A program made the position numbers and the translations under genes. Below are positions 54,623 to 59,362 of a stretch of 59,362 nt of DNA, piece after piece. The DNA is from an uncultured bacterium (lineage in GTDB: Bacteria > Spirochaetota > JAHITG01): contig CBDVEP010000002.1 of assembly GCA_965373035.1 (NCBI GenBank), positions 1 to 59,362 of the forward strand. The letters are read 5' to 3'. A model generated the notes under the pieces. It was given only the letters and a program-made list of their open reading frames with translations. It was not told the origin of the DNA and did no database searches. The first letter of the stretch is position 1; each line of letters starts with the position of its first letter.

Positions 54623-55789
54623 CTACCATTTAATTATCTCTATTTTATCAAAAACCTTTTCAAGAACACTTTCATCAACAGTTAATGCCATCCTTATATA
54701 ACCTTCACCTGATTTACCAAAACCGACTCCAGGTGTTACAACAATACCCTGCTCCTGTAATAATTTTTTTGCCATGGCCTTAGAATCATATCCCGGTATT
54801 GTTTCAATCCATACATAAAAAGTTGCTTTTGGATTTAAATACTGCCATCCCAATTTGTTAAGCCTTTTTAAAGCATAATCACGCCTTATCTGATAAACCT
54901 TTCTGTTTTCAGTGTTTAACTTTTGATAATTTTCAAGAGCCGTAATAGCAGCATATTGCACAGCCTGAAAAATTCCTGAATCCAGATTGCTTTTAATCCT
55001 GCCCAACCCCTGAATAATCTTCTTATTTCCAACAGCAAAACCAACACGCCAGCCTGTCATATTAAAAGTTTTTGAAAAAGAGTGAAATTCAATACTAACA
55101 TCCATAGCCCCTTCTATTTGAAGAAAAGATAAAGGACTGTTATCTTCAAAATAAAGCTCATTATATGCTGCATCATGTGCTATAATAATATTATTGTTAT
55201 ATGCAAACTCAACAGCTTCTTTAAAAAAATCAACTGATGCAACTGCTGATGTAGGATTATTTGGATAATTTAAAAACATTAATCCGGATTTTTTCTTAAC
55301 ATCCTCAGGAATCTGCCTGAAATCCGGAAGGAAATTATTTTCCTTCCTTAGGGGCATAAAAAATGGTATTCCTTCTGCAAAAATAGTACCTGACCTGTAA
55401 ACAGGATAACCTGGGTCCGGTATCAGGACATAATCATCTCTATTAATAAATGCAAGAGGAAAATGCCCTATTCCTTCTTTTGACCCTATTAATGATAATA
55501 TTTCATTTTCTGGATTTAATTTAACCTTATATCTTTTTTTAAACCATTCTGATATTTTTTCACGAAAAATAAGTAATCCATTATATGAAGGATATTGATG
55601 ATTATTTTTATCCTCTGAAGCTTTTTTAAGAGCATTAATAATAATTTCAGGAGTTGGCAAATCCGGATCACCTATACCCAGACTAATAACTTCTTTCCCT
55701 TTGCTCTTCTGCTCTTTAATTAACTTATCAATCTCAGCAAACAAATAAACAGGCAACTGCTCAATTTTTTTTGAATACTTAATTTCCAT
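54623..55789 (-). CDS. Class I PLP-dependent aminotransferase, LL-diaminopimelate aminotransferase-like
   Basis: The PLP-lysine motif is SFSKTFNMTGWRVGF. The N-terminal YLFAEIDKLIKE...ISLGIGDPDLPTP is typical of the DapL-like group. The substrate assignment is tentative. Confidence 0.7.
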   Translation of the reverse strand: MEIKYSKKIEQLPVYLFAEIDKLIKEQKSKGKEVISLGIGDPDLPTPEIIINALKKASEDKNNHQYPSYNGLLIFREKISEWFKKRYKVKLNPENEILSLIGSKEGIGHFPLAFINRDDYVLIPDPGYPVYRSGTIFAEGIPFFMPLRKENNFLPDFRQIPEDVKKKSGLMFLNYPNNPTSAVASVDFFKEAVEFAYNNNIIIAHDAAYNELYFEDNSPLSFLQIEGAMDVSIEFHSFSKTFNMTGWRVGFAVGNKKIIQGLGRIKSNLDSGIFQAVQYAAITALENYQKLNTENRKVYQIRRDYALKRLNKLGWQYLNPKATFYVWIETIPGYDSKAMAKKLLQEQGIVVTPGVGFGKSGEGYIRMALTVDESVLEKVFDKIEIIKW

Positions 55790-55845
55790 ATTTCCCTCCC
55801 AATGCCTACATCAATTACAATCTTTAAATCAGATTTATCCATTTA

Positions 55846-56088
55846 CTAAACTCCAGACATTTCAAAGACTTGTTCTTCTTCTACTAATTCAGCTGCATAT
55901 AATAAAACCGCTTGAATATCCTCCTTCTCAAGTTCTGGGTAATCCTCTAACAATTCATGAATACTTATTCCTCCGGCAAGTGCTTTTAAAATTTGATCTA
56001 CTGTTATTCGTAAGCCTCTTATAGTTAACTTCCCAACCATTACTTTTGGATTAGTTGTTATTCTTGATAACAATTCTTGTTTAATCAC
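55846..56088 (-). CDS. DUF433-domain protein (antitoxin-like), apparently an orphan
   Basis: PKVMVGKLTIRGLRITVDQILKALAGGISIHELLEDYPELEKEDIQAVLLYA is the characteristic DUF433 pattern. Confidence 0.65.
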   Translation of the reverse strand: MIKQELLSRITTNPKVMVGKLTIRGLRITVDQILKALAGGISIHELLEDYPELEKEDIQAVLLYAAELVEEEQVFEMSGV

Positions 56089-56114
56089 TTTTTAATTTCT
56101 CCATAATATATATA

Positions 56115-56273
56115 GTAATAATTCAGATTTTCTAAAAAAAATGATATATACAAATTATGGTGCAATTTATTGCTAATGATGAAGGAATTAATTCTTTAGA
56201 ATTTTATAAAAGACTTATAAAAGACTAAAGTCTTAACTCCTATACTACAATTTTAGAAAATCTAAAATATTAC
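56115..56273 (+). mobile_element. Copy B of the ~160-bp MITE-like element with ~23-bp terminal inverted repeats
   Basis: The 5' end is gtaataattcagattttctaaaa. The 3' end ttttagaaaatctaaaatattac has the reverse complement gtaatattttagattttctaaaa, matching the 5' end at 21/23. The interior is near-identical to copies A and C. Confidence 0.7.
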
Positions 56274-56508
56274 TATATATATTTAATAAAAATTCAGTTA
56301 CTATTATATGACATAAATATTCTTTCACATTTACTAACTGATATAAAAATCAAAAAGGATTTCTAACTCTCTGACTTCCCAAACCTCATAGCATTTTATG
56401 AGTATATAAATTTTTCTACCCTATTCTCATTAATATATTTATTTATATTTCACTTTCCATTATTTTTCTCAACCAAGGTGTTAGTTATAATCTCTTTTAA
56501 GCACTAAA

Positions 56509-56535
56509 GTAGGGGAGACTAAAAGTCTCCCCTAC
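56509..56535. other. Isolated GC-rich 12-bp perfect hairpin
   Basis: gtaggggagact-aaa-agtctcccctac. Confidence 0.6.
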
Positions 56536-56686
56536 AGTTGTAATTACATAAGAGGCGATAACTAATTTTTGAATGGATATTGGAAGATAAAAATCTTGTT
56601 CTTTTAAAAAGAGTAAAACAAATTCCAAAATACAAAAAGAAAAAATCTAAAAACTAAGCGGTTGAAGTACTAGCTTAAAATTAAAA

Positions 56687-56814
56687 GGTGTCGGTTCTTG
56701 ACATTTGACATTTTTTCCAATACATAGCACTATATTTAATTTTTATTTATTTAAAAAATATTATATTAACTAATCAAAAAAACAAATTAATGTCAAATGT
56801 CAAGAACCGATACC
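56687..56814. mobile_element. 128-bp MITE-like element with 26-bp terminal inverted repeats, copy 1
   Basis: ggtgtcggttcttgacatttgacatt (56687-56712) and aatgtcaaatgtcaagaaccgatacc (56789-56814) pair in 25 of 26 positions. The 76-bp AT-rich interior is nearly identical to 59287-59362. Confidence 0.75.
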
Positions 56815-56981
56815 TCATTACCTCATCTTCATCTAAGTTATTATATGCCATATATTCGTGGATTCCCGTTTTCACGGGAATGACAAAAAGAAATGGTACC
56901 TAAGTTTAACCAATATTTATTCCTTAAGTTAATAGCTATAGGCAGCAGCCCCTTAAAACTTAACACTATTTCTTGAGATAA

Positions 56982-58124
56982 TTATAATATATGATCAAGA
57001 TAATTATCTGGATGAATAATATCAAAAGAAGCATCAGGATAATTTTTTTTCCAGTCCTGAGGGATAGAAATTTTCTTTTTTGTAGAATATTTGCATTCTA
57101 ATCCGAATAATTCTCCATCCTTCTCCTGAATCAAGTCAACCTCCTGTTGATCATAAGTCCGCCAGAAATAATGATTAATGAATAAATTGTGATAATGATT
57201 TTTTTTATGCATTTCAGCTATAATAAAATTTTCCCATAATTGGCCAATATCATTCCTTAATTCCAGTACATTATATTGTGAAATAATAGCATTTCTGATA
57301 CCATTATCATAAAAGTAATATTTATTCTTCCTGCTGATTTCTTTACGTAAATTCCGGCTGAATCCTTGTAAGGGAAAAATAACAAAACTCTTTTCTAAAA
57401 GATCAAGATATCGCTGGACAGTTTTTACATCAATTTTCAGGTTAACAGCTAATTCATTACAGGCTACTTGTTGTCCTACCTGAAAAGCCAGCATTTTAAC
57501 TAAATTAATAATTATTTTTGAACTTTTTATCCGTTCTAAAGATAAAATATCTTTAAAAAGATATGATTGTACAATTTCATTGAGCAGTACTTTTTTTTCA
57601 TTAATATTATCTGTAATTACTACTTCAGGGTAACTGCCATATATTAAAAAACTCTCCAATTTTTCCTTAAGTTCATACTTGTTATAAAGAACTGTTAGTT
57701 CAGATTGAGAAAATGGAAATAATATAAGCGTTCTTTTACGGCCTGTCAATGGTTCTCCAAGATGATGTGATAAATGAAATGATGATGATCCTGTTGCAAT
57801 AACATAGATGTTTGGTATTTGATCTACTAAAATTTTTAATCCCATACCTATATCAGGAATCATCTGGGCTTCATCAATAGCAATTAATTCATAACCTTCT
57901 GCATAGCTTAAAATTTTATTAAAATCCTGTGATCCGAGTAGATTTTGTATATTAATATTATCTCCTGAATCTAACTTATATTTTAACATAGTTCTTTCTA
58001 AAAATGATTTTAATAAGGTAGTTTTCCCAACTCTTCTGGGGCCATAAAGAACTAATACTTTATTTTTTTTTAAGTAATTTTTTAATGGTTCGTAGTATCG
58101 TTTTATTATCATATTAAATTCCAT
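56982..58124 (-). CDS. AAA+ ATPase with C-terminal DUF4143-type domain, copy 2
   Basis: Walker A is GPRRVGKTT and Walker B is LIAIDEAQ. It is colinear with 22646-23812. Confidence 0.75.
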   Translation of the reverse strand: MEFNMIIKRYYEPLKNYLKKNKVLVLYGPRRVGKTTLLKSFLERTMLKYKLDSGDNINIQNLLGSQDFNKILSYAEGYELIAIDEAQMIPDIGMGLKILVDQIPNIYVIATGSSSFHLSHHLGEPLTGRKRTLILFPFSQSELTVLYNKYELKEKLESFLIYGSYPEVVITDNINEKKVLLNEIVQSYLFKDILSLERIKSSKIIINLVKMLAFQVGQQVACNELAVNLKIDVKTVQRYLDLLEKSFVIFPLQGFSRNLRKEISRKNKYYFYDNGIRNAIISQYNVLELRNDIGQLWENFIIAEMHKKNHYHNLFINHYFWRTYDQQEVDLIQEKDGELFGLECKYSTKKKISIPQDWKKNYPDASFDIIHPDNYLDHIL

Positions 58125-58174
58125 AAATTTATCTAAATTTATGGATAGTTAATCCATAAATTTAGATAAATTTA
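58121..58174. promoter_or_regulatory. Two tandem palindromic boxes overlapping the ATPase start codon
   Basis: ccataaatttatctaaatttatgg (58121-58144, perfect 11-bp arms) and ccataaatttagataaattta (58154-58174). The ATG at 58124-58122 lies inside the first box. Confidence 0.5.
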
Positions 58175-58255
58175 CTCTATATTATTAAAAAGTCAAAAAA
58201 AAAGCCCTAATATCTTTCTACCTTCTCTTTTTCAATATACTCTACTTAACATATA

Positions 58256-58415
58256 TGTAATAATTCAGATTTTCTAAAAAAGAATAATATAATTAAATTA
58301 TGGTGCAATTTATTGTTCATGATGAAGGAATTAATTCTTTAGAATTTTATAAAAGACTTATAAAAGACTAAAGTCTTAACTCCTACACTACAATTTTATA
58401 AAATCTAAAATATTA
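58256..58415 (+). mobile_element. Copy C of the ~160-bp MITE-like element
   Basis: It aligns end to end with 56115-56273, with a handful of substitutions. Confidence 0.7.
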
Positions 58416-58602
58416 CACATATATTAGCAAAGTTTCCCTTTACTAATATTATACAAAAAAAAGTGCAGATTTTTTCAAAATAAAATGAAAAAAAATATAT
58501 TGCCTGTATAATTACTATAGATATCGATTAAAAACTGTCATAAAAATTATTCCTCATTTTTCTTGACAATATTTGTTATAATATTATTATACTACAGATA
58601 TT

Positions 58603-58845
58603 ATGAAACATAAGAAATTTACTAAAGCTTGCCTCTGTTTAACCAGATATATTCTTGCATGGAAATCCTCTCTGGAATTATCTGCTGAAATATTTGTAGA
58701 AAACCTGAAAGAAGTATATAAAAAATATATTTTCCCTTTTTCAATTTTTCAAAACTTTCTAACAAAACATAACCCTTTAGAAATATTTTTCAAATACTTT
58801 TTTCCATCTTCAGCATCTTTTTCTTATATTCCCTTCCATAACTAA
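58603..58845 (+). CDS. Hypothetical 80-aa ORF of doubtful coding status
   Basis: A TTGACA at 58563-58568 and AT-rich -10 candidates lie upstream. There is no recognisable motif, and the 3' end overlaps the ogt 3' end on the opposite strand. Confidence 0.25.
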   Translation: MKHKKFTKACLCLTRYILAWKSSLELSAEIFVENLKEVYKKYIFPFSIFQNFLTKHNPLEIFFKYFFPSSASFSYIPFHN

Positions 58846-59278
58846 AATGCCCTGTATCCCCATTTAATTTTATTACCCTGTGACAGGGTATAAAAAGAGG
58901 AATAGGGTTTTCAGCCATAGCATTTCCAACAGCACGGCTGGCATTATATCCTGCTTTTCCGGATAATTCTCTATAATTTATTAATTTGCCATACTTTACT
59001 TCTGACAAAGCACGATAAATCCTCTGCCTGAACTCTGAATAAAAAGAAAGGTCAATATTCTTTAAATTAAATTCTGTCTTTTCCCCATTAAAATAATCCT
59101 GAACTTTTCTTTCTAACTTCTCCAGCCATTTTAACCTTCCCTTAAAAAGTTTATATTTTATAATTTTATTATTATTATCAGGTAAAATAAATTTTTTAAT
59201 AATATTTTTATTAAAAATTATATACGCACTTCCCCATCTTGTTTTAATTACTTTATAAAAGGTATCGGTTCTTGACAT
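58790..59278 (-). CDS. ogt: Methylated-DNA--protein-cysteine methyltransferase
   Basis: The active-site motif is IPCHRVI. Both candidate ATGs (59299 and 59278) lie inside the MITE-like repeat, and there is no ATG between the repeat edge and the conserved core. Confidence 0.8.
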   Translation of the reverse strand: MSRTDTFYKVIKTRWGSAYIIFNKNIIKKFILPDNNNKIIKYKLFKGRLKWLEKLERKVQDYFNGEKTEFNLKNIDLSFYSEFRQRIYRALSEVKYGKLINYRELSGKAGYNASRAVGNAMAENPIPLFIPCHRVIKLNGDTGHFSYGREYKKKMLKMEKSI

Positions 59279-59362
59279 TTGACATTTTTTCCAATACATA
59301 GCACTATATTTGATTTTTATTTATTTAAAAAATATTATATTAACTAATCAAAAAAACAAATT
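59261..59362. mobile_element. Copy 2 of the 128-bp MITE-like element, cut by the window end
   Basis: ggtatcggttcttgacatttgacattttttccaatacatagcactatattt[g/a]atttttatttatttaaaaaatattatattaactaatcaaaaaaacaaatt. It matches 56687-56788 with 2 substitutions. Confidence 0.75.

Noticed and set aside
56155-56200. A 14-codon mini-ORF (MVQFIANDEGINSL) conserved in all three copies of the ~160-bp element.
   Set aside because: The few differences between copies are all non-synonymous (A/V, N/H, S/F). There is no SD. Conservation is explained by the repeat itself.
1-59362. Searched by eye for prophage, IS/transposase, integrase, reverse transcriptase, cas genes, rRNA, tmRNA and RNase P.
   Set aside because: No ORF shows the relevant motifs (DDE, tyrosine recombinase RHRY, YxDD). 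No long GC-elevated structured-RNA stretch is present other than the tRNA and the repeats described.

Overview
This is a strongly AT-rich bacterial window, probably from an uncultivated lineage. Two proteins carry Por-type (T9SS) C-terminal sorting domains and there are three PorV/PorQ-like outer-membrane barrels, which suggests an FCB-superphylum-like organism. I could not run any search, so all family calls rest on motifs read from the translations.

Layout:
- (i) 1-21.1 kb holds ten co-directional minus-strand genes forming a glycan (probably beta-galactoside) capture and degradation locus. It contains two GH2 paralogs, a GH35, a 1578-aa modular CBM-like/FN3 T9SS cargo protein and a 417-aa paralog of one of its units. 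It also contains a second T9SS cargo protein, two cargo-adjacent PorV-like barrels and a tandem pair of uncharacterised ~480-aa barrels. There is no SusC/SusD pair. Almost every gene junction carries one of two hairpin-repeat families.
- (ii) 21.3-24.7 kb is an accessory islet. It holds an MNT/HEPN pair, a DUF4143 ATPase flanked by direct repeats, and decayed RHH-MazF and PD-(D/E)XK fragments.
- (iii) 25-31 kb is an envelope operon: a PorV-like barrel fused to TPR, a TPR protein, and a BNR-propeller/Ig x4/LysM protein.
- (iv) 31.1-40.9 kb is a block bracketed by two outward-facing 'small ORF + nucleotidyltransferase' cassettes. It contains a sigma-factor-less partner-switching module (GAF-GGDEF, HAMP-PP2C, STAS with a Zn-ribbon, RsbW-like kinase) running straight into a second MNT/HEPN pair. 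It also contains a YhaO/YhaN-type Mre11/Rad50-like pair whose ATPase has a transmembrane hairpin where the zinc hook should be.
- (v) 41-55.8 kb is conserved housekeeping: ispG-rseP-dxr-cdsA-uppS-frr-pyrH-tsf-rpsB, tRNA-Leu(CAG), panC-panB, folK and an aminotransferase, interleaved with small beta-barrel genes.
- (vi) 55.8-59.4 kb is an accessory end with an orphan DUF433 gene, a second DUF4143 ATPase, ogt and two MITE-like repeat families.

The best candidates for an undescribed system are the T9SS-coupled glycan locus, the PorQ/PorZ-like envelope operon and the partner-switching/MNT-HEPN string. No CRISPR array, rRNA, transposase or integrase was seen.
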